This document shows, piece after piece, positions 25,873 through 34,950 of a stretch of DNA of 36,281 nt. The position numbers and the translations under genes are program-made. Source of the stretch: Gaiellaceae bacterium (GTDB lineage: Bacteria; Actinomycetota; Thermoleophilia; Gaiellales; Gaiellaceae); the NCBI GenBank assembly GCA_050697615.1, contig JBOGZX010000481.1, positions 1-36,281 on the forward strand, given 5' to 3'. Numbering within the stretch: position 1 is the first letter of the stretch; each line of letters opens with the position of its first letter. Below the pieces are notes generated by a model. That model was not told the DNA's origin. It did not search any database and saw only the letters and a program-made list of their open reading frames with translations.

Positions 25873-27440
25873 CGACCGTCCCTCCTCAGGGCGCGGCCGG
25901 GCGCCGCGCCGCTCGGCGCTCCGTCCCGCAACGCCGCGACGCCGTTCACCCACACGTCACGCACCCCGTCAGCGACACGATGTGGCTGGTCCCGCGTCGA
26001 GGCGTCCTCGAGATGCTGTGCATCGAAGACCACGAGATCCGCCGCATATCCGGTCAGGATCCGTCCGCGCCGCGCCAACCCGAATCTTTCTGCGGGAGCG
26101 GAGGTCGCGTGGCGGACGGCTTCCTCCAGCGGCAGCGCGCCGTCCCGTGTGAGACGTCCGACGAATCGCGCGCAGCCACCATAAGCACGGGGATGTACGA
26201 GTCCGTGTCGAAAGATCCCGTCGCTGCCGAAGACGTGCCGCCTGTCGCCCAGCAGTTGTGCCATCCCCTGTTCCGCCGCCGGATGGTTGGACGGAACCCC
26301 GAGCAGCATCACGTCCATTCTCTCCGCGGCGAGCAGGTCGCAGAGGAAATCGATCGGGTCAGCGTGTGCTTCCTCGGCGGCCGCGAGAACGTCCTTCCCG
26401 ATCAGGTCGCTGCGCTCGGACGCGAGCTCGCCTGCGATCGTGATGTCGCGCCACCCGTCCAGCTCCGCACCGATCTCGGTGCGAATCCGATCGCGGACGT
26501 CGTTGTCGCTGATGCGCCCAAGGACGTCGCCCTCGTTCCCCTCGCGCACCCACAGAGGGAGGAGATAGGCGAGGAACGTGCAGCCGTACAGGTAGGGATA
26601 GCTGTCGAACGTGACGTCGACGCCGTGATCGCCTGCGTCGTCCAGCAGCTCGAGGATTGCCTCCGTCGACGCACCCTTGGCCGGATCGCCGCGCAGATGA
26701 CTGATGTGCACGGGACAATTAGCACGCAGACCGATCTCAACGGCTTCCGCGAGCGCGTGCATGAGGCCGAGCCTGTACCGCACGTGTGAGACGTAGACAC
26801 CTCCCCGGTGCGATGCGGCCTGCGCCATGGCGGCGAGTTCGTCCGTCGTCGCGAACCCCGACGGCGTGTAATCGAGACCGGACGACAGCCCCACCGCGCC
26901 CTCCTCCATCGCCCGCACGCACGAGTCCTGCATCGAACGAAGCTCGCCGCCGGTAGGGACGCGGGCGGCGTTCGCGAGCAAATCATGTCGCAAATTGCCG
27001 TTCGGTACGAGCGTCGCCACGTTCACCGTCGACGCTCGCTCGTACCGCCCGAGGAAGCCGTCGATGCCGTCCGCCCCGAACGGTCGCTCGGGGTTGCCGT
27101 AGATCGGCCGCAGGTACCTCGTGTTGAAGTCGACGGTCGAAGCGTTTCCGGGTCCGAACCCGAACCCGTCCTGGCCGACGATGTGTGTCGTCACGCCTTG
27201 GTGGAGACTCGCTCGCTCGATCGGTGTCTCCAGAAGGATCAGTTCAGAGTGGACGTGCGCGTCGACGAATCCGGGAGAGACGTGCAGTCCGGAGGCGTCC
27301 ACGTGAAGCGCGGCCTCGGCGGTGGTGAGGTCGCCCACGGCCGCGATCTTGCCGCCGGCGACGCCGATGTCACCTGCGAAAGGAGGCGCACCGGATCCGT
27401 CGACGACCGTGCCGCCGACGATCACCACGTCGAAGGTCAT
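25869..27440 (-). CDS. D-aminoacylase-family amidohydrolase, paralog B (GQDG variant)
   Basis: ATG at 27440 within ORF 25869-27602, overlapping the upstream stop (ATGA). Motifs: MTFDVVIVGGTVVDGSGAP, FVDAHVHSE, HIVGQDGFG, VSHVRY, ISHL. Confidence 0.9.
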   Translation of the reverse strand: MTFDVVIVGGTVVDGSGAPPFAGDIGVAGGKIAAVGDLTTAEAALHVDASGLHVSPGFVDAHVHSELILLETPIERASLHQGVTTHIVGQDGFGFGPGNASTVDFNTRYLRPIYGNPERPFGADGIDGFLGRYERASTVNVATLVPNGNLRHDLLANAARVPTGGELRSMQDSCVRAMEEGAVGLSSGLDYTPSGFATTDELAAMAQAASHRGGVYVSHVRYRLGLMHALAEAVEIGLRANCPVHISHLRGDPAKGASTEAILELLDDAGDHGVDVTFDSYPYLYGCTFLAYLLPLWVREGNEGDVLGRISDNDVRDRIRTEIGAELDGWRDITIAGELASERSDLIGKDVLAAAEEAHADPIDFLCDLLAAERMDVMLLGVPSNHPAAEQGMAQLLGDRRHVFGSDGIFRHGLVHPRAYGGCARFVGRLTRDGALPLEEAVRHATSAPAERFGLARRGRILTGYAADLVVFDAQHLEDASTRDQPHRVADGVRDVWVNGVAALRDGAPSGAAPGRALRRDGR

Positions 27441-28522
27441 GCCTTGGGGTCGCGGCCGTCGAGTTCGAGCATGCGATCGAACCGCCCGCCGCTGAAGGCG
27501 GCCACGCTCCGGTACAGGTTCATCGTCGTGCAGATGTGCGGAGGGAGGATCGCAACCCGCTGTCCGACGGCGGGCCCCGGCCCCGTCTGCGTGAAGACGC
27601 AATGCTCCTCGGCGGTATATGCGTGCGACGCTGAACGACCGATGAGCGAAGGTTTTCCCCAGTCGCTTCCGAGGCGCTTGACCCCGATGTCGAGGACGAG
27701 CGGGCCGTCACGGCGCGACGTCAGCACGGAAGCGACTGCAACCGCGGCCGGAGCAAATTCCGGGGTCAATTCCCGGTAGGTGGCGTCCATCAGCACGTAC
27801 GTCCCCGCCTGTACATCCGTCATCGCTGTAAGCACACCCGTTACGTCATAGGTCGACGTCGAACTGCCCGTGAGGACGGGCGCGTCGAAGCCTGCGTCGC
27901 GTAGTGCGGCGAGTAGCTCGAGCGCGCGCTCGTAGCAGTCTGTCGCGAGCGTCCGCCGTTCGGCGCGATCCACGCACCCGACGATGTGGCCCTCGTAGCC
28001 CATTACACCTCGCAGTTCGAGTCCCGCCGAGTCGGCGATGACCGTCGCAAGCGCCAGCCCCGTCGCAACATCGGGCACGCCGTTTCGTCGCATCCCGATG
28101 TCGATCTCGACGAGTGCGCCGAGTGTCGTGCCCGCCTCGATCGCGGCGTCGGAGAGACGATGCACAGCCTGTGGGGAGTCGACGGCCGCCATCACCCGGG
28201 CGGTGCGGCCGACTTCGGCGAGCGAGCGAAGCCGTGAGGCGTCGGTGACGACGTTCGCGAGTAAGATGTCGTCGATCCCCGCGGCTGCCATCGCCCGGAC
28301 TTCGTCCGTTGTCGAGCACGTGACACCGGCCGCGCCAGCCCGCATCTGCATCAGCGCGAGTTCGCTGCACTTGTGCGTCTTGACGTGCGGCCGCAGTCGC
28401 GCGGTCTTGCCATCGAAGAACGCCTGCATGGCCGCGACGTTGCGGCGCGCGCCGTCGAGATCGATCGCGAGGAACGGCGTCGTGATTCCCTCGGCTTCGG
28501 ACCAGGCGACGATCTCGTCCAC
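27437..28522 (-). CDS. Alanine-racemase-N-domain PLP enzyme of the D-threonine aldolase / D-serine dehydratase (DSD1-like) family
   Basis: ORF 27437-28522 with a GTG start. TPFLAIDLDGARRNV...LRPHVKTHKC carries the PLP lysine motif of this family. The C-terminal AEEHC...ILPPHICTT is typical. An alternative in-frame CTG at 28561 lies 9 nt after a strong SD. Confidence 0.85.
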   Translation of the reverse strand: MDEIVAWSEAEGITTPFLAIDLDGARRNVAAMQAFFDGKTARLRPHVKTHKCSELALMQMRAGAAGVTCSTTDEVRAMAAAGIDDILLANVVTDASRLRSLAEVGRTARVMAAVDSPQAVHRLSDAAIEAGTTLGALVEIDIGMRRNGVPDVATGLALATVIADSAGLELRGVMGYEGHIVGCVDRAERRTLATDCYERALELLAALRDAGFDAPVLTGSSTSTYDVTGVLTAMTDVQAGTYVLMDATYRELTPEFAPAAVAVASVLTSRRDGPLVLDIGVKRLGSDWGKPSLIGRSASHAYTAEEHCVFTQTGPGPAVGQRVAILPPHICTTMNLYRSVAAFSGGRFDRMLELDGRDPKA

Positions 28523-28591
28523 CGGGATCGTCTCTAGTTCGATGCCGTCAACGGTGTGCAGTAGTTACAACCTCCCTCACAACCTTAGAGA

Positions 28592-28606
28592 ATACGTATG
28601 ACATAT
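28592..28606 (+). promoter_or_regulatory. AT-rich shared motif, site A (ATACGTATGACATAT; core ACGTATGAC 28594-28602)
   Basis: It lies in the 113-bp divergent gap between the DSD1-like operon and the 2-hydroxyacid dehydrogenase gene. The same 9-mer recurs at 29630-29638 (minus strand) and 36162-36170. Confidence 0.4.
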
Positions 28607-28635
28607 CGCGAGGGGACTGATAGAGTCAAGCGGCA

Positions 28636-29598
28636 GTGGCAGCGAACTCCGTGTTGTTGATCGCTGCACGCGACAACCGGGGATACGAATTGGAAGCGCG
28701 GGCCGTTGCGACCGCAGGGGGGACCTTCTCGGTGGTTCGCTATGAAGACCTGGAAGCCGCGCTTCCGCTCGATGCCGATGTCGTCGTCAACGCGGGCGAC
28801 TGGCCGCTGGATCGCTTCCTCCACGGGCTGCCTGCCTGTCGTGCAGTCGTCTCATATGGCGTGGGGCTCGACTGGATCGACGTGAAGGCCGCGACCGCGA
28901 GGGGAATCCTCGTCGTGCACACACCCCTTGCAAACGTCACCGACGTCGCGGTGCATACGCTCGCCCTGCTGCTCGCGTGCTCGCGGCGCTTGCTCGAGTA
29001 CGACGACCACATACGTTCCGGCGGATTCCGCCCCGCGGGGTGGACGCCACTTCGGCGGCTCGACGGGCAGACGCTCGGCCTGCTCGCGTTCGGCAATATT
29101 CCGCAACGGCTCGTTCCGCTTGTCGAACCGCTCGGTATGCGGATTCTGGCGTGGGATCCCTACGTCGACCCTGAGCGCATGCGCGGCGCGCACGTCGAGC
29201 CAGGATCTCTCGAGGATGTGCTCGCCTCGAGCGACGTGGTATCGGTACACGTGCCGGCAGTGCCTGAAACGGTCGGGTTCCTCGACGGCGCGAAGATCTC
29301 GCAGTTGAAGCGCGGAGCGATTGTGCTCGTCACGAGCCGGGGCCACGTTTACGACGCCGATGCTCTTGCCGACGCCCTCCACAACGGTCACGTCGCCGCC
29401 GCTGGTCTCGACGTCTTTCCGCAGGAGCCGCTTCGGGCGGGCCACCGCCTGCTCAGTTGTGGGAATGCGATTCTCACTCCCCACGTCGCGGGATTCAGCG
29501 CGGAGAGTGACCTGGCGGCGCGGACGGCGGTAGCGGAAGCTCTCACGATGATCGCCCGGGAAGCGATCCCGCCGGGCGCCGTCAATGCGACAGGTTGA
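28636..29598 (+). CDS. D-isomer-specific 2-hydroxyacid dehydrogenase family protein
   Basis: ORF 28636-29598 with a GTG start. Motifs: GVGLDWIDVKAATARGILVVHTP, LGLLAFGNIPQRL (NAD-binding fold), RGAIVLVTSRG, AAGLDVFPQEP, ILTPHVAG. Confidence 0.9.
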   Translation: MAANSVLLIAARDNRGYELEARAVATAGGTFSVVRYEDLEAALPLDADVVVNAGDWPLDRFLHGLPACRAVVSYGVGLDWIDVKAATARGILVVHTPLANVTDVAVHTLALLLACSRRLLEYDDHIRSGGFRPAGWTPLRRLDGQTLGLLAFGNIPQRLVPLVEPLGMRILAWDPYVDPERMRGAHVEPGSLEDVLASSDVVSVHVPAVPETVGFLDGAKISQLKRGAIVLVTSRGHVYDADALADALHNGHVAAAGLDVFPQEPLRAGHRLLSCGNAILTPHVAGFSAESDLAARTAVAEALTMIAREAIPPGAVNATG

Positions 29599-29627
29599 CG
29601 CGTCTCGTTGTGGGTGTTAGACATTCG

Positions 29628-29644
29628 TCGTCATACGTACTATG
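29628..29644 (-). promoter_or_regulatory. AT-rich shared motif, site B (minus strand reads CATAGTACGTATGACGA)
   Basis: It lies 20 nt upstream of the peptide binding-protein ATG and overlaps a plus-strand TACTAT -10-like hexamer (29638-29643). It matches site C at 15 of 17 positions. Confidence 0.4.
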
Positions 29645-29663
29645 AACGGGAGGGTTGACCTGT

Positions 29664-31217
29664 ATGGCTGAGGATCCGAGACTCACCCGCGGTGGCTTCA
29701 TCAAGGCGGGCGCAGCAGGCGCAGCTGGCCTGTCTCTGCTCGGCCGCGCGGCTGCCTTCCCGGCAGACGCGCTGGCGAAGAACCCGCCTCCGCATAGCGG
29801 TGGCACGCTACGACTCACCGTCGCGGGCGGCCACGTGACTGACGGAACCGATCCGCAGAAGGCAGCGAGCGGCTTCGAGATTCCGATGACGCTGATGGCG
29901 TACGAGACGCTCGTCCGTGCCGACGAGAACTTCAAACTGCATCCCGGTCTCGCGACGGCCTGGGATGTCAGCAGCGATCTCAAGACGTGGAAGTTCAAGC
30001 TCAGGAACGGCGTTCACTTCCACAATGGCAAGGCCCTGACCTCCGGCGACGTCGCTTACTCGTTCAAGCGTCTTCTCACTCCGTCGACCGCGTCGCCGGC
30101 GTACGCAAGCCTCTCGCCCTATCTCAGTGCCAGCGGGATAAGCACACCCGACCCGCAGACGGTTGTCCTCGCCCTGAGCAAGGGAAACGCGTTCCTGCCG
30201 GTGCTTCTGGCGACGAGGAATTTCGTCGTCCTCCCCGAGGGTGCGACCAGCTTTCTGCCGTCCGTCGGGACCGGCCCGTTCAAGCTCAACGCGTTCCAGG
30301 TGCTCGCGAGCGCGACGCTGTCACGCAACGAGAACTACTGGCAGAACGGGAAGCCGTACCTCGATGGGATCCAGTTGACGAATCTGGCCGACGACGCGAC
30401 GCGGCTTCAGTCGCTTCTCTCGGGTTCGACGGACATGGTGGACAACATCACGGGCCAGAGCATCCCGATTCTCTTCGGCGTCGGGAACGCGAAGCCGCTC
30501 TACATCAAGGCGGGCGGCTGGGTTGCGGTCGCGCCGCAGGGCCAGGTGAAGCCGTTCACGGACATCAGGATCCGACAGGCGATGAAGTACGCCCAGAACC
30601 GCGAACAGATCCTGCAGGTGGTCGCGCCGAAGTCAGGCCTCGTCAACGCGGACATTCCGGTGCCGACGAGCGATCCGTACTACCCAGAGGGGCTGAAGCC
30701 GTGGCCTTATGACCCCGAGAAGTCGAAGTTCCTGCTCAAGAAGGCGGGCTACCATCGCCTCCGGCTCGCGGTCAACGCATACCAGGGGGACAAGCTGGAA
30801 GTCGCTCTGGGGTACAAGTCCACGGCAAAGGCCGCCGGCATCGACGTCGACGTCGTCGTCTGGCCGCACGACATCTTCTTCTCACAGGTCTGGCAGAAGA
30901 AGCCGGTATCCGCGATCAGCTTCGGCCGCGTTCACGTCTCGCAGTTCCTTCCCGCCGCGTTCATCAAGGGCGGACCCTACGACGAGAGCCAGTGGAACAA
31001 CGCGAAATTCACAAGGCTCGTCTACGCCGCGGGCGGGACGAAGAACATCGCGAAGCAGAAGGAGTACTACGGCGAGGCGCTGCGGATGCTCCAGAACTCC
31101 GACACGACGTGCGCACCCGGTTTCGAGCCGCAGATGTACGGCACGGCGAAGCGCGTCTACGGTGTCTCGCTCGCGAACGGCGCGCAGTACTACTTCGACA
31201 GCGCATACCTGGCCTAG
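29664..31217 (+). CDS. ABC transporter substrate-binding protein, family 5 (peptide/nickel/opine, DppA/OppA-like)
   Basis: ORF 29655-31217. The ATG at 29664 lies 9 nt after GGGAGGG. The signal peptide is LTRGGFIKAGAAGAAGLSLLG. The body looks like SBP_bac_5 (GGTLRL...WKFKLRNGVHFHNGKALTSGDVAYSFKR). Confidence 0.9.
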   Translation: MAEDPRLTRGGFIKAGAAGAAGLSLLGRAAAFPADALAKNPPPHSGGTLRLTVAGGHVTDGTDPQKAASGFEIPMTLMAYETLVRADENFKLHPGLATAWDVSSDLKTWKFKLRNGVHFHNGKALTSGDVAYSFKRLLTPSTASPAYASLSPYLSASGISTPDPQTVVLALSKGNAFLPVLLATRNFVVLPEGATSFLPSVGTGPFKLNAFQVLASATLSRNENYWQNGKPYLDGIQLTNLADDATRLQSLLSGSTDMVDNITGQSIPILFGVGNAKPLYIKAGGWVAVAPQGQVKPFTDIRIRQAMKYAQNREQILQVVAPKSGLVNADIPVPTSDPYYPEGLKPWPYDPEKSKFLLKKAGYHRLRLAVNAYQGDKLEVALGYKSTAKAAGIDVDVVVWPHDIFFSQVWQKKPVSAISFGRVHVSQFLPAAFIKGGPYDESQWNNAKFTRLVYAAGGTKNIAKQKEYYGEALRMLQNSDTTCAPGFEPQMYGTAKRVYGVSLANGAQYYFDSAYLA

Positions 31218-31236
31218 TAAAAGACGAGTCAAAGGA

Positions 31237-31281
31237 GAAGCGGGCGGTCGTGGAAGCCAAGCCATGAGGACCGCCCGCTTC
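31237..31281 (+). promoter_or_regulatory. 13-bp hairpin enclosing the permease start codon
   Basis: GAAGCGGGCGGTC (31237-31249) pairs perfectly with GACCGCCCGCTTC (31269-31281). The 19-nt loop contains the permease ATG (31264). The left arm overlaps the SD-like AAAGGAGAAG. Confidence 0.45.
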
Positions 31282-32220
31282 GCCGTGCTCGTATCCGGAA
31301 AGCTCGTCGTGACGATCTTCGCGGTGTCGGTCGTCGTATTCTTCGCCACCGCCGCGATCCCCGGCAATCCGGCACGCGACATCCTCGGCCAGGACGCGAC
31401 GACCGTGCAGGTACAGGCCTTCAGCCGCGACCACGGGCTCGACAAGCCGATTCTCAGCCGCTACGGCACGTGGCTCGCCGACTACGTCAGAGGAGACTGG
31501 GGCACCTCCTATTCGGGAATATCCGTCTGGCAGACGGTGCAGCCGAGACTCGAACGGACGCTCGTCCTCGCCTTCTTCGGGTTCGCACTCGGCGCCGCAC
31601 TGGGCGTTTGCGTCGGCCTCGCCAGCGGCTTTCGACCGAACCGTCTGGTCGACATGCTTGTCTCGGGGGCGACACTCACAGTGGGCGCAGTGCCGGCCTT
31701 CGTGCTTGGGGTCCTGCTCGCTATGGTGTTCTCGATCTGGCTGCACTGGCTGCCGGTGTCGAGCACGGAAATCGCGCTTTACACCTCGCCGTTCCACGCG
31801 TTCAACTCGTACGTGCTCCCTGCGGTGACCCTCGCGCTCGCGATCGCTCCCTACGTGACGCGTTTGACGCGGGCGAACGCACGCACGATCGCCGACGAGT
31901 CGTACGTGCGGTCGGCGGTACTTCGCGGTGTTCCGAATCGGCTGCTGCTCTTCCGGCACGTCCTGCCGAACGCGGCGCCTCCGATCGTGAACCTGCTTGC
32001 GCTCGAGTTCGTGGGCTCGATCGCCGGCGTCGCCGTTATCGAGACTCTCTTCGGGTTCCCTGGGATCGGCCAGCTCCTCGTGACGTCCGTCGGCGCCCGC
32101 GACTATCCGACGATTCAGGCGCTCGCATTGTTGATCGGCGGCCTGTTCGTCGTGATGAACGTTCTCGCGGATGCGATCGTTGCCGTGCTCACTCCGAAAC
32201 TGCGAGCGACGATCCGTTGA
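31264..32220 (+). CDS. Peptide ABC transporter permease (DppB/OppB-like)
   Basis: ATG at 31264 within ORF 30709-32220. The N-terminus RFAVLVSGKLVVTIFAVSVVVFFATAAIPGNPARDILG is typical of DppB-type permeases. Confidence 0.9.
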   Translation: MRTARFAVLVSGKLVVTIFAVSVVVFFATAAIPGNPARDILGQDATTVQVQAFSRDHGLDKPILSRYGTWLADYVRGDWGTSYSGISVWQTVQPRLERTLVLAFFGFALGAALGVCVGLASGFRPNRLVDMLVSGATLTVGAVPAFVLGVLLAMVFSIWLHWLPVSSTEIALYTSPFHAFNSYVLPAVTLALAIAPYVTRLTRANARTIADESYVRSAVLRGVPNRLLLFRHVLPNAAPPIVNLLALEFVGSIAGVAVIETLFGFPGIGQLLVTSVGARDYPTIQALALLIGGLFVVMNVLADAIVAVLTPKLRATIR

Positions 32221-32222
32221 CG

Positions 32223-33125
32223 ATGACTCAGACCCAGATGGTGTCCGAGACGGACGCGCTGGCGCATCCGTCAGTATCGGAGGGCGCCGTCGGCCGTGGC
32301 GGCATCCGCGGATTCCTTTCCATCCCAGAGGGCGCGATCGGCGCTGGGCTCGCGGTCGTCCTCGTCCTTGTGATCGTGATCGGTCCGTACGTCGCGCCCT
32401 ACGATCCGGAGGCGCTCGTTGCGATTCCGGGGCTAGGCCCCTCGTCTGCGCACTGGCTCGGTACCGATCCGCTCGGACGCGATGTGTTCAGCCGCGTTCT
32501 CGCCGGCGGGCGTCTCGTCTTGCTGCTGCCCGTGATCGCGATTGCGATCGCAATCACGGTGGGGGCCACGGTCGGTCTCCTCGCAGGCTACCTCGGTGGT
32601 GTCTTCGATCTTGTCGTCGCGCGCGTGATCGATGTCGTGCTGGCACTGCCGTCGTTCCTGCTCGTCCTCGTGATCATCGCCGCCTTCGGTGCCGGGGATG
32701 CAAACGTGGTCGCCGCGGTCGCCATCGTCTATACGCCCGGAATCGCCCGGGTGATTCGCGGCGCGACTCAGGCCATCAGGCCGCGTGAGTTCGTCCTCGC
32801 CGCGCGTGCACGGGGCGACTCGATCCCGTGGATCGTCTTCAGGGAGATTGCACCGAACATCTCGGCAACGCTGCTCGTCGAGACCGCAATGCGCCTCACG
32901 CTCTCGATCCTGTTCATTGCGTCGCTCAACTTCCTCGGGCTCGGCGTGCAGCCTCCCACTCCCGACTGGGGCGTCATGGTGAGCGAGAACCGCGAGATCA
33001 TGTTCAGTCACGTGCTGCCGGTGCTCGTACCGGCACTCGCGATCGCGATGCTGGCGATCAGCGTCAACCTGCTCGCGGACGCGCTCACCCGCTATTTCGG
33101 AGACGATGTCGGCAGTGCTGCGTGA
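32223..33125 (+). CDS. Peptide ABC transporter permease (DppC/OppC-like)
   Basis: ATG at 32223 within ORF 31470-33125, 2 nt after the previous stop. GTDPLGRDVFSRVLAGGR is the conserved DppC/OppC N-terminal motif. The EAA-like loop is ARARGDSIPWIVFREIAPN. Confidence 0.9.
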   Translation: MTQTQMVSETDALAHPSVSEGAVGRGGIRGFLSIPEGAIGAGLAVVLVLVIVIGPYVAPYDPEALVAIPGLGPSSAHWLGTDPLGRDVFSRVLAGGRLVLLLPVIAIAIAITVGATVGLLAGYLGGVFDLVVARVIDVVLALPSFLLVLVIIAAFGAGDANVVAAVAIVYTPGIARVIRGATQAIRPREFVLAARARGDSIPWIVFREIAPNISATLLVETAMRLTLSILFIASLNFLGLGVQPPTPDWGVMVSENREIMFSHVLPVLVPALAIAMLAISVNLLADALTRYFGDDVGSAA

Positions 33126-34950
33126 TCAGGCGCGCAACGGGAACGCCGCTGCGCTCACGGCCTCGGGCATCTCGGTGGGGTACCGCGGCCGCGACGGCAT
33201 CCGTCAGGTCGTCAACGGCGTCGACCTGACGCTGAAGCGCGAGCGCATCCTCGGGATCGCGGGCGAATCCGGCTGCGGGAAGAGCACTCTCGCCCTGACT
33301 TTGATGGGGTTCCGTTCCCCGAACACCGTCGTGCTCGGCGGGTCCGTCGGGTTCGACGGTGCAGACCTTCTCCGCGCGACGCCCACGCAGCTTCGCCGCC
33401 GGTGGGGCGCGCAGATCGCCTACCTCCCACAGGACACCTCGACAGCGTTGAATCCCGCGATCCGCGTCGGTCGGCAACTCGCCGAGCCGCTGCGCATTCA
33501 TCAGCACGTCGCCCGAAGGGCCGCCCGCACACGAATGCTCGACCTGCTCTCGCAGGTTCGGATCCCCGATCCGGACAGTGCGCTCGATCGCTATCCGCAC
33601 GAGTTCAGCGGTGGGCAGCAGCAGCGGATTGCACTCGCGCTCGGCCTCGCCTGCGTTCCGCAGGTGCTGATCCTCGACGAGCCGACGACCGGCCTGGACG
33701 TAACGACGCAGGCACAGGTGAACAACCTGATCGTCGAGCTGACGAGGAGTGCCGGGACTGCGACCGTGTACGTCAGCCACAACCTCGCGTTGCTCGCAAC
33801 GATCTGCGACGACCTCGGGATCATGTACGCAGGAGAGGTCGTGGAACTCGGGCCCGCCAGCGAAGTCTTCGAACGTCCACGACATCCCTATACCGCAGCG
33901 CTGATCGACGCGGTTCCCTCGGTGCGGACAAGGCGTCGGGCGCATGGCATAGCGGGATCGCCTCCGCCCGTCGTCGTGGAGCATCAATGTGCCTTCCTCG
34001 ACCGCTGCGCGTATGCCGCGTCGAAGTGCTCGATTCCGGTGCCGCTGGTCAAGATCGCCGATCGACGCGTCCGCTGTGTGCGGGCTTCCGAGATCGACCT
34101 CGCCTCGCGTTTCATATCCTCTTCCGTCCGTGAGGCAGCCCCTGATCCCCCCGGGAACGGACCAGAGCGGGAGGCCGTCCTCGCGACCTACGACCTTCGG
34201 TGCGAATACCGCCAACGCCGTAACACCGTCGTCGCTGTCGAGGGAATCTCGATTGCGCTCGAGCGGGGACGTGTGCTCGGCATCGCCGGTGAGAGCGGCA
34301 GTGGCAAATCGACCCTACTCCGGGCGCTGATCGGCCTCCTGATTCCTAGGAGCGGGCGGATGGAGTTCGACGGAAGAGAACTGTCCCCCGCGGTCGCAGC
34401 CCGTCCGGCTGCTGTCCGGCGAGCGATCCAGATCGTGTTCCAGAATCCGGATGCAACGTTGAATCCACGCCACACGATCGGGCAGGCGCTCGAACGGCCT
34501 TTGAAGCTCTTCCGGCCGGACGTCGCCGCTTCCGAGCGCCGTAATTACGCCGCAGAGATCCTCGCGCAGATGCGCCTCGGCGCGCACTTCCTCGACCGAT
34601 ATCCGCGGCATTTGAGCGGCGGCCAGCGGCAGCGAGTGGCTCTGGCGCGCGCGCTTGTGGTGGAGCCGGAGGTGATTCTCTGCGACGAGGTTACGTCGGC
34701 GCTCGACGTCTCGGTGCAGGCGACGATCCTGGAGCTCCTCATGAACTTGCTTGAGCAACGGCAAACGTCGATCGTGTTCGTGACGCACGACTTGGGCGTG
34801 CTCCGCAGCGTCGCCGACGACGTAGTGATCATGGAGCGCGGAGCGGTACGCGAGTCAGGTGCCGCCGAGGATGTGCTGTTGCGACCGCGCGACTCCTACA
34901 CCCGTGAGCTTCTCGCAGCGGTTCCTGATCCCGCCTCCCAGGCGGCGTGA
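33106..34950 (+). CDS. Fused double ATP-binding-cassette protein (DppD-DppF-like)
   Basis: ORF 33106-34950. There are two full NBDs: GESGCGKST / FSGGQQQR / LILDEPTTGLD, and GESGSGKST / LSGGQRQR / ILCDEVTSALD. An oligopeptide-type C-terminal extension follows the first NBD (PRHPYTAALIDAVP). Confidence 0.9.
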   Translation: MSAVLRDQARNGNAAALTASGISVGYRGRDGIRQVVNGVDLTLKRERILGIAGESGCGKSTLALTLMGFRSPNTVVLGGSVGFDGADLLRATPTQLRRRWGAQIAYLPQDTSTALNPAIRVGRQLAEPLRIHQHVARRAARTRMLDLLSQVRIPDPDSALDRYPHEFSGGQQQRIALALGLACVPQVLILDEPTTGLDVTTQAQVNNLIVELTRSAGTATVYVSHNLALLATICDDLGIMYAGEVVELGPASEVFERPRHPYTAALIDAVPSVRTRRRAHGIAGSPPPVVVEHQCAFLDRCAYAASKCSIPVPLVKIADRRVRCVRASEIDLASRFISSSVREAAPDPPGNGPEREAVLATYDLRCEYRQRRNTVVAVEGISIALERGRVLGIAGESGSGKSTLLRALIGLLIPRSGRMEFDGRELSPAVAARPAAVRRAIQIVFQNPDATLNPRHTIGQALERPLKLFRPDVAASERRNYAAEILAQMRLGAHFLDRYPRHLSGGQRQRVALARALVVEPEVILCDEVTSALDVSVQATILELLMNLLEQRQTSIVFVTHDLGVLRSVADDVVIMERGAVRESGAAEDVLLRPRDSYTRELLAAVPDPASQAA

